Of a DNA stretch of 64,000 nt, positions 16,739-27,126 are shown one piece after another (the first letter of the stretch is position 1; the number at the start of each line of letters is the position of its first letter). Origin of the DNA: Candidatus Babeliales bacterium (GTDB taxonomy: Bacteria > Babelota > Babeliae > Babelales > UASB340); the NCBI GenBank assembly GCA_041650475.1, contig JBAZLD010000005.1, positions 623 to 64,622 of the forward strand, read 5' to 3'. Below the pieces are notes generated by a model. That model saw only the letters and a program-made list of their open reading frames with translations, made no database searches and was not told the origin of the DNA. Position numbers and translations under genes: made by a program.

Positions 16739-18038
16739 AAAAATTAAGTGCAAATTGGCCACCAAAAGTATAAGCATTGATAACTCTTTTACCCGCAACA
16801 GGTAATTTAGCAAAAATACTTATTTGCGGTTTAAACCAACTTTTTTTACATTCATGAAAGAAATCATAATTAAATTGAAATATAAAATTTTGAAATCCCC
16901 ATTCATGCAAGCTTTGGGCTGAATTAATAATATTATAACTAAAATCATTTGAATCTGCTGTCAACTTATCATCGTCATGCTTAAGAAATTGATAAGCTGT
17001 CATAAAAGATAGACCTCCTAAAAACCTTCTAGCTTGTAAAAATAAATTAAATTTCCAAGCAAATCCAGGGCTCCTTGTTGCCCTACCCTTATTAAGTAAT
17101 AAAAAATCTGTTTGATTAGTATCTGTTTTCATTCTTCTAGTTCTTGTTTCATCAAAAGAAAATAACATTTCAAATTCAAGGCCTGCACGGATTCTGTGCA
17201 CAAAATCTAAATCTACACCTCCACCCAATGGAATTGCCCATGCACCATCATTATCCATTGGCAAACTAAAGGCAATATTCTCATTTTTTTTTGCACCGGT
17301 TGGAGCAGTAACCCCCAATTTTGCACTAATCTTAACATTATCTAAATATTCTTTGTTTTGTTTAAAATCATTAAACCAACCAAGCATTAAAGTAAGATCC
17401 CCTAATCCTGTCTTACTCCAACTATCTAAATTTTGCCCACCTAAATTTTGTACAACAGTTTTTATATCATCAGTTAAAATATTATGAACATCTAAATCTG
17501 CATTTAAAATACTTTTTGTTTGATCTGTAATTGTAACATTTTTAATTGCCAAATATTTTATAGGCAAATATAAACTTAAATCAAAATGACCAGGAATGGC
17601 GCAACTTGGCAATCTATATTTTGCCCACAATGAATATTCTGATTGTTCGAATTTGCCATCCAATTTCAAATGTCCTCGAATTCCATCATCAAGGGCTGGG
17701 CCATAAGCAGCCAAAAAGTAGTTTGCCAAATTATATGCTTGGGTACCCTCTGGCCCACCCATAAGCATAGTTAACGCTGATTCTGTTGAATTATAAATTT
17801 GCAAAATATTAACTTTATGTTCACTTGAATCTTTTGCCTTTCGTGTTGAACCAGTTTCTATATCAACACCAAATTTAAATTTTGTTTTGGGCCAATCTTC
17901 CATTCTAAAATTAATGTCGTAAGGTCTATAAAAATTTGTTCTTAGCATTGCAAAATTATTTTTTGTACTTGCAAATAACAAGAAGAAAAATAAAACTAAA
18001 ATTTTTTTTGTTTTAAAGTTAATTCTAAAGTCTTTCAT
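16737..18038 (-). CDS. Outer-membrane beta-barrel protein candidate (porin-like)
   Basis: 433 aa. It has a signal peptide ending NNFA and alternating hydrophobic strands. The C-terminal sequence FGGQFALNF ends in Phe, typical of a BAM-recognised OMP signature. Confidence 0.6.
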   Translation of the reverse strand: MKDFRINFKTKKILVLFFFLLFASTKNNFAMLRTNFYRPYDINFRMEDWPKTKFKFGVDIETGSTRKAKDSSEHKVNILQIYNSTESALTMLMGGPEGTQAYNLANYFLAAYGPALDDGIRGHLKLDGKFEQSEYSLWAKYRLPSCAIPGHFDLSLYLPIKYLAIKNVTITDQTKSILNADLDVHNILTDDIKTVVQNLGGQNLDSWSKTGLGDLTLMLGWFNDFKQNKEYLDNVKISAKLGVTAPTGAKKNENIAFSLPMDNDGAWAIPLGGGVDLDFVHRIRAGLEFEMLFSFDETRTRRMKTDTNQTDFLLLNKGRATRSPGFAWKFNLFLQARRFLGGLSFMTAYQFLKHDDDKLTADSNDFSYNIINSAQSLHEWGFQNFIFQFNYDFFHECKKSWFKPQISIFAKLPVAGKRVINAYTFGGQFALNF

Positions 18039-18062
18039 TTAAACAACCCTTGAAAATCAATT

Positions 18063-20948
18063 TTAATCATTTACTCTAATTCCCCAATCTCCAGGAACAA
18101 TCCATGCCCCAGAAGCAGTATTTTGAGTTACAACGCCTATATTATACGCATTACTATCCAAATCTAAATTAATCACAGATTCACTACTTCTAATTGTAGT
18201 AGGACTAGAAAGCATTTTTATTTTTTTTAAAAAATTTGTATCCCCTAAATGTTTTGAACGGGAATAAAAACCAAGGGCACCGTCTGTTCTAAAATCATTT
18301 CTTAATTCACCAATTTGATAATAAGAATAGGAACCTGAATTTTCTGTTATGTGTGATATTGTGCCATTTGATACATTGAATCTATATATAGTCGCTAAAT
18401 TAAAAGCAAAATCTGAATTCAAAATATACAGATTGCCATCAGTAGTACTACCACCCTTTGATGTCGACAAAAATTCTAGATGCGCAACTGGCCCTGGCAC
18501 GTTAGTGCCTGCTGCCAAAATAACATTTGTCCAAGTTGGATTAATTGTTCCGGTAGCCGTATCTGCTATATCGTTTGAATAAAAAAGCCCTTCAGTAGTC
18601 GCAAGTAATAATTTAATAGATTCTGGATCACCTGTATTATCTCTTGAAAAAATTAAAAAATCTAAAAGTGTACCTAAATTTGTTACAGCAATTTCTTGAA
18701 TATCAAGATCTCCCGTAAATGCATCAGCAAATTTTGCCGCTGTCATTTGGAATCTATAAAGTTTATCTGCTGTCATAACATACAAAAATTCACTGTCCCC
18801 TTGGCTAATAATTTTACGAACTTTTGTAAAAGCATTAGTTGAATTATTTGTTAATAATTTAAACGACCAGGCATTAGAGCCAGGAAAACCTATATTCGTT
18901 AAAGAGCTTAAACCAGCTGCTCCATCCCAACCAGCACCCGCAACTTGTCGCAAAACGGCAATGCCATTATAACCTCCAACAAATAACCAGCCTTTATCTA
19001 TTTGATTAATTCGCGAAACTTCAGCACAACAAATTGGACCAAGATTTTTTATAACATCGTCTTCTTTTGCAAAGACATTCTGCCCCGCACCATCTTTTGC
19101 AAAAATTTGTGTTGGTTCAAAAGGCGAGCCCTCTCCCGTTTGAATTAAAGCAATTTTTTGATAACCAGTTGCAACCATCATCGAAAATTGATTAGCTAAA
19201 AATCCAGGAGTTTGTTCATCAAAATTAAAAATCTGATGAACTCCAGCATCTTCTTGTTTAAATTCATCATGCAAAATACTAACAAGCCCATTCCCCATTA
19301 AATAATCTTTTGCAGCACTTTGTCCCCATTGCGTAACTTTTACAGTATTTTTTTCATCAGTACCATCAGCTGTAGTCAAATACCAATAATTGCATGCACT
19401 TGAATCAAAACCGGCACCATAAACTCTATCAATATTTCCCATAACTCTCTGCCATGGAGTCCAACCCCTAATATGTCCGTCAGATCCAAAAAGAGCTGTG
19501 CTTTTAAAAATTCCAGCTTCATTATTTGCAGCACTTCTATCATCAGATAAACAAGCAAAAACAGAATCGCCCGATACAAATAAATCTTGAACTAAACTTC
19601 CATCAGGGATTGGTAAATTTCCTGCACCAACTTTTGCTGCTGCCTCAGTTTCTTCTGTCATATCTGCTTGCGTTGCAACTGGCGCAGTAAAATCACTTTT
19701 TTTTGCAATTTTACCAATATTTGAAACAGTACTAGAACTTTGAACTAACGGCAAAGCTGTAACTATATTAGTCTTATTCGCAACGCCAAATTCGTAAACA
19801 CCACCATTTATAATTAAATAAGTATAACCAGTACTTGTATGCATTGTTCGTACTTTATATATCGAATTTTTTATATTTAAATTATTATCTGTATGATAAA
19901 AACCAACTCCATAAGTGTCTGTATTTTCGTTAAAATTAGTAGAATTTAAACTTATACTAGATTCTATAACTAAGTTATTATTTTCTACTCGACCAACTAG
20001 CAAACCAATAAGCCCAGCATTATTTGCAGTTTGCTTAGCACTCAATAGACCAATAAATAATCGCTGCAAATTAGAATCCCAATACATATCACCAAGACCA
20101 TCAACTTCGGCAGCTTGATCTATTGCAAATAGAACACCAGCTGTTAAATCAAGATTAATTTTATTAATAAATTTTAAAAAATTATTATTATCTTTGGCTA
20201 ACATAGAAAATACAGAATTTGTTGCGCCAAAAGTAGATCCTGCTGCACTCGGCTTTACAGCCACAAAAATATTATTACTTGAACCTGCAACTCCTGCAAT
20301 GCCTGAAGATACATCTCCATTTGCATCTTGAAGCTTTGAAGTAATACTCATTACAGAATCACCATTATCATAATCTTGAACAAGACAAACTAGTTGATTA
20401 TCATCAAAAGTTACCGTTCCACCAGTTATATCTACAGTTCGGCCGTCGCTTAAAACTACAATTGGGGTTCGATCCATTAACCCCATAAAACTTATTTTAT
20501 TATTATAAATTGGATTATCTTTTTTTACATATTTATCGTCTTCTTTTATGCCATTAAGATAAACTTGTTGAGGCGCCATTGCTTTTAATAAAAGTTGATT
20601 TTGAGACGGCGTTGCACCATTAACTACGTAAGCTCGCACTAATGTAGCTACCCCTGCATTATCAGAATTGGCACCCAAATAAAAATAGTTAGCATTATAA
20701 AAAGCAGTCTTATCAAGAGAAATTGTTCCAGATAAAACATCAAGATAACGAATTTTATTATCATCAAAACTTTTTTTTAAGTTTTTATCATATTCAAAAT
20801 TTGCAACAACTCTTGGATCTTTTAAATCTTCTTCTTTTTGAAGATCTTTTCTTTCTATTGCAAAACCAACAAAATTAATTGACGAATAAATTTGAAAATA
20901 GAATAAAGAAAAAATAAAAAAAATTAGAAATTTGTTGTTATATTTCAT
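18063..20948 (-). CDS. Large secreted/surface protein, Gly/Ala/Ser/Thr/Asn-rich
   Basis: The track ORF starts at a GTG at 20963. It is trimmed to the ATG at 20948 (MKYNNKFLIFFIFSLFYFQIYS), which is preceded by AAGGGAAG. About 960 aa with no recognised motif; the composition differs from neighbouring genes. Confidence 0.7.
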   Translation of the reverse strand: MKYNNKFLIFFIFSLFYFQIYSSINFVGFAIERKDLQKEEDLKDPRVVANFEYDKNLKKSFDDNKIRYLDVLSGTISLDKTAFYNANYFYLGANSDNAGVATLVRAYVVNGATPSQNQLLLKAMAPQQVYLNGIKEDDKYVKKDNPIYNNKISFMGLMDRTPIVVLSDGRTVDITGGTVTFDDNQLVCLVQDYDNGDSVMSITSKLQDANGDVSSGIAGVAGSSNNIFVAVKPSAAGSTFGATNSVFSMLAKDNNNFLKFINKINLDLTAGVLFAIDQAAEVDGLGDMYWDSNLQRLFIGLLSAKQTANNAGLIGLLVGRVENNNLVIESSISLNSTNFNENTDTYGVGFYHTDNNLNIKNSIYKVRTMHTSTGYTYLIINGGVYEFGVANKTNIVTALPLVQSSSTVSNIGKIAKKSDFTAPVATQADMTEETEAAAKVGAGNLPIPDGSLVQDLFVSGDSVFACLSDDRSAANNEAGIFKSTALFGSDGHIRGWTPWQRVMGNIDRVYGAGFDSSACNYWYLTTADGTDEKNTVKVTQWGQSAAKDYLMGNGLVSILHDEFKQEDAGVHQIFNFDEQTPGFLANQFSMMVATGYQKIALIQTGEGSPFEPTQIFAKDGAGQNVFAKEDDVIKNLGPICCAEVSRINQIDKGWLFVGGYNGIAVLRQVAGAGWDGAAGLSSLTNIGFPGSNAWSFKLLTNNSTNAFTKVRKIISQGDSEFLYVMTADKLYRFQMTAAKFADAFTGDLDIQEIAVTNLGTLLDFLIFSRDNTGDPESIKLLLATTEGLFYSNDIADTATGTINPTWTNVILAAGTNVPGPVAHLEFLSTSKGGSTTDGNLYILNSDFAFNLATIYRFNVSNGTISHITENSGSYSYYQIGELRNDFRTDGALGFYSRSKHLGDTNFLKKIKMLSSPTTIRSSESVINLDLDSNAYNIGVVTQNTASGAWIVPGDWGIRVND

Positions 20949-21057
20949 GACTTCCCTTTTCACCTACACTTTATTTAATATTTAATCTAAATAATACATG
21001 GAGTAGTCTAAGCCACATCAATAAAACATGCAAATCATTATTTGCATTATTAAAAAA

Positions 21058-21100
21058 CCGGCATTCGAGAAATCCCGGCTGCTCTTAGCAGCCGATCTTT
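21058..21100 (-). terminator. GC-rich tandem hairpins after murJ (terminator candidate)
   Basis: On the minus strand, cggctgc-taaga-gcagccg (7-bp stem) is followed by ccgg(c)att-cgaga-aat(c)ccgg and then TTTTTT. The segment is a GC island in AT-rich DNA. Confidence 0.45.
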
Positions 21101-21105
21101 TAAAT

Positions 21106-22680
21106 CTATTTTCCTAAAAAATAAAGCTTTATTCCAAATAATTTTTTTGTAAAAAATAAGAATGCAATACAGATAGCAGCCAATGGAAAAACTACAAACC
21201 AGTACCCCCAACTTATATAAAAAAAATTATACCAATTTGAATCTTGCAAATATCTAAAAATAGTAAAATAAGAAATTAAAAATATTAAACTAGCTATTAA
21301 TAATTGCACAACATAACGGCCTAAAAAATTAAAATAACTTGCAGAATAAAATTTAAATTTATGTTTTTTATGTAAAAATCTTAATAACATAAATGTTAAC
21401 GTTAATGCAGAAATGGATGTTGCGCCTGCTATTCCAAAAATTCCCCATAATTTTATACCAATAATATTACCTAAAAAATTTATAATTGTAGAACAAACTA
21501 AAGCAAAAGTTGGACTTTTGGTATCATGTAAAGAATAAAAAATGTTTACCAAAATTTTATTTAAACAAAAAAAGACTAGACCCGCTGAAAAAATAATAAG
21601 AACCCATTTGGCTACAAAAACATCATGAATGTTTGATTTTTTACCCAGCATTAAAATAGAAAAAATAGGCTCAGAAACAAATATTAAAAAAAGCATTACG
21701 GGAATTATAAGCCAAGAAATAAATTTTGTGATTTCTAATATATAAAAATTAAGCCTTTTGGGTGCATAAACGGCAACCCTTGAAAATTGAGACAAAAGAA
21801 CGGTTGCAAAACCAACAGCAAAAATTCCAATAGGCAAATTGGCAAAAAGCCCTGCAAAATAAAGAATAGAAACAGACCCGGCAGGCAAAAATGATCCAAT
21901 AAAAGTATCTATTAAAAGATTAATTTCTATAACACTAACACCCAATAAACTAGGCGTAAATTTTGACAAAATTAATTTAAAAGCATCTTTTGCCTGGCGA
22001 TCTATAAATCCAAAACTAAAATTATATTTTAAATAAACAATAAGATGCACTAAAAAATTTAAAAAGCCGCCAAACAAAATGCTGTAACACAAAAAATTTA
22101 TGGATAAATTAAATTTAAGACAAAGCGATAAAGAAGAAATCCAAACAACATTCAATAATGCTGGACATAAAGCAGGTATAAAAAAATGATTTACTGCATT
22201 TAAAGCTCCAGCCAAAAGAGCACTACTGGAAATAAAAAAAAGTAAAGGAAATAGTATACGTAAACATGGTATAGCATATGATAATTGCTCTTGGGAAAAT
22301 CCAGGTGCAATTAGTTTAAATATTAAGCTTGGGAATATAATTGCAAATAAACACAACAAAAAAACTATCCCTTCGAAAAATAAAAACGATAGGGTCATTA
22401 AGCCATTTGGATTTTCAAGCTCTTTATTTTTTGTTTTTTTAATAAAAACTGGAACAAAAGAAGCAGAAAGCGCACCTTCGGCAAAAATTCTCCTCAAAAA
22501 ATTAGGAATTCTATATGCCATGATAAACGCGTCTGATTTTATGCCGATTCCTAAAAATCGACCTAATAACATATCTCTAATTATGCCCAAAATTCGACTC
22601 AATAAAGTAATTCCACCAAATTGAACTGTTTTTTTTAATATAGATTTTTTGTCTAACTTTTTGTCTAGATGCAAATTCAT
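21106..22680 (-). CDS. murJ: Lipid II flippase MurJ (MviN)
   Basis: 524 aa, polytopic. The N-terminal signature is GITLLSRILGIIRDMLLGRFLGIGIKSDAFIMAYRIPNFLRRIFAEGALSASFVPVF. Confidence 0.85.
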   Translation of the reverse strand: MNLHLDKKLDKKSILKKTVQFGGITLLSRILGIIRDMLLGRFLGIGIKSDAFIMAYRIPNFLRRIFAEGALSASFVPVFIKKTKNKELENPNGLMTLSFLFFEGIVFLLCLFAIIFPSLIFKLIAPGFSQEQLSYAIPCLRILFPLLFFISSSALLAGALNAVNHFFIPALCPALLNVVWISSLSLCLKFNLSINFLCYSILFGGFLNFLVHLIVYLKYNFSFGFIDRQAKDAFKLILSKFTPSLLGVSVIEINLLIDTFIGSFLPAGSVSILYFAGLFANLPIGIFAVGFATVLLSQFSRVAVYAPKRLNFYILEITKFISWLIIPVMLFLIFVSEPIFSILMLGKKSNIHDVFVAKWVLIIFSAGLVFFCLNKILVNIFYSLHDTKSPTFALVCSTIINFLGNIIGIKLWGIFGIAGATSISALTLTFMLLRFLHKKHKFKFYSASYFNFLGRYVVQLLIASLIFLISYFTIFRYLQDSNWYNFFYISWGYWFVVFPLAAICIAFLFFTKKLFGIKLYFLGK

Positions 22681-22691
22681 GTTTTACTTTC

Positions 22692-23372
22692 TTACAAAAT
22701 ATTTAATTTACCTTCATGCAATCTTAAAACTACATCCATTTTATTATAAACTTCTGGATCATGAGAACAAATTATAATCCCCATATTAAATTCTTGTTTA
22801 TATTTTAAAAGCAAATTTATAACACCCCTAGCATTATGTTCATCAAGATTTCCCGTAGGCTCATCTGCCAACAAAAAAGATGGCTTATTAAAAATAGCTC
22901 TCAAAATAGACACTCTTTGTTGTTGTCCACCAGAAAGTGTTGCTGGGTAAGCATGCATTTTATCTTTTAAATCAACATTTTGTAAAAGATCTTCTGCTTT
23001 TTTTAAACAATCTTTTTTATATTCTTCTTTAATTAAACCAGGCAATATAATATTTTCTATTACTGATAATTCTTTTATTAAATAATGAAACTGAAAAACA
23101 AAACCCATATGTGTATTTAAAAATTTTTCTTTTTCAGATTCTTTGAATTTAAATAAATTTTTATCATTAAACAAAATCATACCCTGGTCTGGCTTATCAA
23201 GGCCACCCAATATATGCATTAAAGTCGATTTGCCACTACCGGAAACACCAATAATTGCATAAGATTTATTTTGTTCAAATTCAAAAGATATCCCTGTTAA
23301 AACATTAAGCCTTTTATCGCCTTGAATAAAACTTTTATGTATATCCTGAACAATTAATTTAGCTTGGAACAT
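22692..23372 (-). CDS. ABC transporter ATP-binding protein (LolD/MacB-like family)
   Basis: 226 aa. Walker A is GVSGSGKST, the ABC signature is LSGGQQQRVSILRA and Walker B is LLADEPTGNLD. Confidence 0.8.
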   Translation of the reverse strand: MFQAKLIVQDIHKSFIQGDKRLNVLTGISFEFEQNKSYAIIGVSGSGKSTLMHILGGLDKPDQGMILFNDKNLFKFKESEKEKFLNTHMGFVFQFHYLIKELSVIENIILPGLIKEEYKKDCLKKAEDLLQNVDLKDKMHAYPATLSGGQQQRVSILRAIFNKPSFLLADEPTGNLDEHNARGVINLLLKYKQEFNMGIIICSHDPEVYNKMDVVLRLHEGKLNIL

Positions 23373-23517
23373 AAATACACCTTTAAAATTTGATTTATAA
23401 TATTTAATAAAATTAACATTTTATATAAATATTGCATTATCAAAATAAAATTTTCTATATTATTTTTAAGCTAAAGGGGCAAAAATCTAAGAAAATATCC
23501 TGGGGAGGGTAGAAATC

Positions 23518-25869
23518 ATGGAAAATTCAAAGCAAAGTAAATTTACAGAACAAATACCATCAATATTGCCTGTTATTCCTACAGTTGACGTAGTAGTCTT
23601 TCCAAATATGGTTGTTCCATTGCTTGTGTTAGACGAAAAAATCATTGAAGGAGTTAACAAGGCTTTAAATAAAGATAAAAAAGTTTTACTTCTTGCAACA
23701 AGAAAACAATCGGAGGAGTTCAATGGTCCTGTTGGAATTCAGGATTTATATAAAACAGGAACTGTGGCAAATATAATTCGGGTAATGAATATGCCCGATG
23801 GGGGCATAAAAATTTTGGCTCAAGGATTAACAAAAGCGTGTGTAGATGAAATTGTGTCAGATCAAAATTCTTTATACGCCAAAATAACAATTAAAGAATT
23901 CAAAGAAATTACAAACAAAATAGAGTTGGAAGGCAAAATAAGATCTATTTTGCAACAAGTTGAAAAATTAAGTTCAAATGGATATATGTTTGGTCCTGAT
24001 TTTCAAATAATTTTATCACAAATACAAGAACCAGAAAGAATTATTGAATTTATACTCTCCCATTTAAGTTTAAAAACAGAGGATGCTCAAAAAATTTTAG
24101 AAGCTGAAAACATGAATGACTTATTACAAGGCATTTATAATCAATTAAATAATGAAGTTGAAATAAATAAAGTAAAAGAATCGATTCAATCAAACACCAG
24201 AGAATCAATTAACAAATCTCAAAGAGAATATTTTTTACGTGAACAAATAAAAGCAATACAAAAAGAACTTGGTGATGACATGGAATCTGAAATTGAAGAC
24301 ATGAAAAACAAATTATCTCAATTGACAATGAGCGAAGAAGCAAAACAGGAAAGTATAAGACAAATTAGAAGACTAGAAAGAACTGCACCAGATTCTATGG
24401 AAGCTACGGTTTTAAGAAATCACATAGAATGGCTTTTATCTTTGCCATGGGGAACATATACAAAAGATAATGCAGATATAAAAAATGCTAAAAAAGTTTT
24501 AGATGAAGATCATTATGGCCTTGAAATAATAAAAGATAGAATATTAGATTTTTTAAGCGTAAGAGCTTTAAAGGATGATTGTGATTCACCTATATTATGT
24601 TTTTCTGGCCCTCCAGGCGTAGGCAAAACTTCTTTAGGAAAATCTATTGCAAGAAGCTTGGGGCGAAATTTTTTCAGATTATCTTTAGGTGGAGTTCATG
24701 ATGAATCTGAAATTCGTGGACACAGAAGAACTTACGTCGGATCTATTCCTGGTAGATTTATTCAAGCAATAAAATCTGCCGCATCTTGTAATCCATTAAT
24801 CATGATAGATGAAATCGATAAGATTGGTAGTTCAAATAGAGGTGATCCATCATCAGCATTGTTAGAAGTTTTAGACCCAGAACAAAATTCATCTTTTTAT
24901 GATAATTATCTTGGCGTACATTTTGATTTATCAAAAGTAATGTTTATTACAACGGCTAATGATTTAAATAGTATTCCAGGACCATTGAGGGACAGGATGG
25001 AGGTTATTCAACTTCCCGGTTATACGCATGAAGAAAAAGTTGAAATAGCAAAAAAACATTTAATTAAAAAGGCATTACAAAATACTGGACTTGAAAATAA
25101 ATCTTTTAATATAGATAACAACGTATTAGATGAACTTGTTCATAACTATACAAGAGAATCTGGAGTCAGGGAACTTGAAAGATATATTTATAAACTTTGC
25201 TCAAAATTTGCACGATCTTTGTTAGAAGATAAAAAAGAAATAAAAATCAGTTCGCAAAATATAACAAAATATCTTGGACCAAGAAAAATTTTAAATGAAG
25301 AATTAATACATAAAAATAAAATTGGTGTAACTAATGGACTTGCTTGGACACCCTATGGAGGTGAAGTTTTGCAAGTAGAAGCAATTTTAATGCATGGAAA
25401 TGGAAAGCTAATTCTTACGGGACAACTTGGTGAAGTCATGAAAGAATCTGCCCAAGCTGCTTTATCTTATATAAAATCTCATTCACATTTATTTGAAATA
25501 AAAGAAGAACTTTTTGACAAATACGATGTGCATATCCACTTACCTGCAGGTGCGATACCAAAAGACGGTCCTTCTGCTGGAATAACGCTTTTATCTTCTC
25601 TTCTTTCTGCTTTTACTGGCAGAGAGGTTAATGGTGAATTTGCAATGACAGGAGAACTTAATTTGCAAGGGGGAGTTTTACCAATTGGTGGACTAAAAGA
25701 AAAAATGTTAGCTGCCAAAAGACAGGGTTTAAAAAATATTATTTTACCTAAATTAAATCAAGAAGATCTTATTGATAGCGATAAAAAATTTTATGATGGC
25801 TTAAATTTAATTTGGGTTGATGATGTTAAAGACGTTATAAAAAACGTTTTGTTACCTAAAAAAGCATAG
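23518..25869 (+). CDS. lon: ATP-dependent Lon protease
   Basis: 783 aa. It has a LON N-domain, the AAA+ Walker A GPPGVGKTS and the protease active-site block PKDGPSAGITLLSSLLSA. GGGGAGGG lies upstream. Confidence 0.92.
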   Translation: MENSKQSKFTEQIPSILPVIPTVDVVVFPNMVVPLLVLDEKIIEGVNKALNKDKKVLLLATRKQSEEFNGPVGIQDLYKTGTVANIIRVMNMPDGGIKILAQGLTKACVDEIVSDQNSLYAKITIKEFKEITNKIELEGKIRSILQQVEKLSSNGYMFGPDFQIILSQIQEPERIIEFILSHLSLKTEDAQKILEAENMNDLLQGIYNQLNNEVEINKVKESIQSNTRESINKSQREYFLREQIKAIQKELGDDMESEIEDMKNKLSQLTMSEEAKQESIRQIRRLERTAPDSMEATVLRNHIEWLLSLPWGTYTKDNADIKNAKKVLDEDHYGLEIIKDRILDFLSVRALKDDCDSPILCFSGPPGVGKTSLGKSIARSLGRNFFRLSLGGVHDESEIRGHRRTYVGSIPGRFIQAIKSAASCNPLIMIDEIDKIGSSNRGDPSSALLEVLDPEQNSSFYDNYLGVHFDLSKVMFITTANDLNSIPGPLRDRMEVIQLPGYTHEEKVEIAKKHLIKKALQNTGLENKSFNIDNNVLDELVHNYTRESGVRELERYIYKLCSKFARSLLEDKKEIKISSQNITKYLGPRKILNEELIHKNKIGVTNGLAWTPYGGEVLQVEAILMHGNGKLILTGQLGEVMKESAQAALSYIKSHSHLFEIKEELFDKYDVHIHLPAGAIPKDGPSAGITLLSSLLSAFTGREVNGEFAMTGELNLQGGVLPIGGLKEKMLAAKRQGLKNIILPKLNQEDLIDSDKKFYDGLNLIWVDDVKDVIKNVLLPKKA

Positions 25870-25900
25870 TTTTAGGAATTATAAAATATAATTTTTTACC

Positions 25901-25934
25901 AAAGGCTATTGCAAACGCAATAGCCTTTTTTTTA
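25901..25934 (+). terminator. Intrinsic terminator after lon
   Basis: aaaggctattgc-aaac-gcaatagccttt forms a 12-bp perfect stem and is followed by a T-run. Confidence 0.75.
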
Positions 25935-25998
25935 TGCTGTAATAAAATAAAAAAAATTAAAAATTCTTACACAAAAATTTAGTTAAGAAAGATTAATT

Positions 25999-27126
25999 AT
26001 GAAAAAAGTATTAACAATTGGTGGCGCAACACAAGATATCTTTTTGCACTATGAAGGCGCCGATTTTATGTCTATTACAAAAAAAAACAATACAGAACAA
26101 TACATGCTTTTTGAATCTGGAGAAAAAATAGAAGTTGACAATCTTTTATATTTAACAGGTGGCGGTGCAACAAATTCTGCTGTTTCTTTTAAGCGTCTAG
26201 GCTTTGATGTAACTTGTTTTTGCAAAATAGGAGCAGATAGTGCTGCAGAAAATATTTTAAAAGAGCTAGAAAAAGAAAAAATCAATACAAATTTTATAGC
26301 AAAAACAAATCAAATTATTTCAGGCTCTTCTTTTATAATAAATTCAATTCGCAAAGAACGTACTATTTTTGCCTATCGCGGCGCAAATGGATATTTGCAA
26401 GAATCAGAATTGCCGATAGATCAAATAAAAAACAGTGACCAAATATATATAACTTCTTTAAGTTATAATTCTGCCCAATTATTACCTACAATTGTCAAAA
26501 TAGCCAAACAAGCAAAAGTTCCTGTTGCAATAAACCCGGGGGTAAGCCAATTATCAAATGGCACTATAACTTTAAAAGAATCTTTAAAAGATATAGATAT
26601 TTTTATATTAAATAGCTCTGAAGCAAAAAAATTTATGCTTGCGCTAGTATTAACAGATCAAAGTTATCAAAAGGCATTAGAATCTCCCGAAAAAATATGT
26701 GCGCCTATAAATCAAAAAGAAATGATCCAAAAGCCTTATCTTCTTCAAACACCATTTTTGTGTGAAAATTTTTATTTTAGTACAAGAAAATTTTTTAAAG
26801 AAATTTTAAAAATGGGACCCAAAATTGTTGTAATTACAAATGGAGAAAATGGCGTTTATGTAGCAACAAAAGACAATATCTTTTTTCATCCTAGTATAAA
26901 AACAGAAGTTGTTGATACAGTTGGTGCCGGAGATTCTTTTGGATCATGCTTTGTTGCTAGTTTAAACCTTGGTTATTCAATAAAAGAATCTTTAAGAAAT
27001 GGAATCATAAATAGTTCTTCCGTAATTCAAAAGATAGGTGCAAAACCAGGATTATTAAAACATGAACAATTAAAAGAAAAAATTAAAAATTTTAAACAAG
27101 ATTTAACCCAGGAGATTAATTTTTGA
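25999..27126 (+). CDS. PfkB-family carbohydrate kinase (ribokinase-like) with an internal insertion
   Basis: 375 aa. The N-terminus is GGATQDIF...GGGATNSAV. The C-terminus has the PfkB signature DTVGAGDSFGSCFVASL. Confidence 0.75.
   Translation: MKKVLTIGGATQDIFLHYEGADFMSITKKNNTEQYMLFESGEKIEVDNLLYLTGGGATNSAVSFKRLGFDVTCFCKIGADSAAENILKELEKEKINTNFIAKTNQIISGSSFIINSIRKERTIFAYRGANGYLQESELPIDQIKNSDQIYITSLSYNSAQLLPTIVKIAKQAKVPVAINPGVSQLSNGTITLKESLKDIDIFILNSSEAKKFMLALVLTDQSYQKALESPEKICAPINQKEMIQKPYLLQTPFLCENFYFSTRKFFKEILKMGPKIVVITNGENGVYVATKDNIFFHPSIKTEVVDTVGAGDSFGSCFVASLNLGYSIKESLRNGIINSSSVIQKIGAKPGLLKHEQLKEKIKNFKQDLTQEINF

Noticed and set aside
23432-23461. Sigma-70-like promoter TTGCAT-N18-TATATT upstream of lon; I also looked for a CIRCE-type heat-shock operator
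   Set aside because: Such hexamer pairs are common by chance in AT-rich intergenic DNA, and no CIRCE-like inverted repeat is present. I did not report it as a feature.
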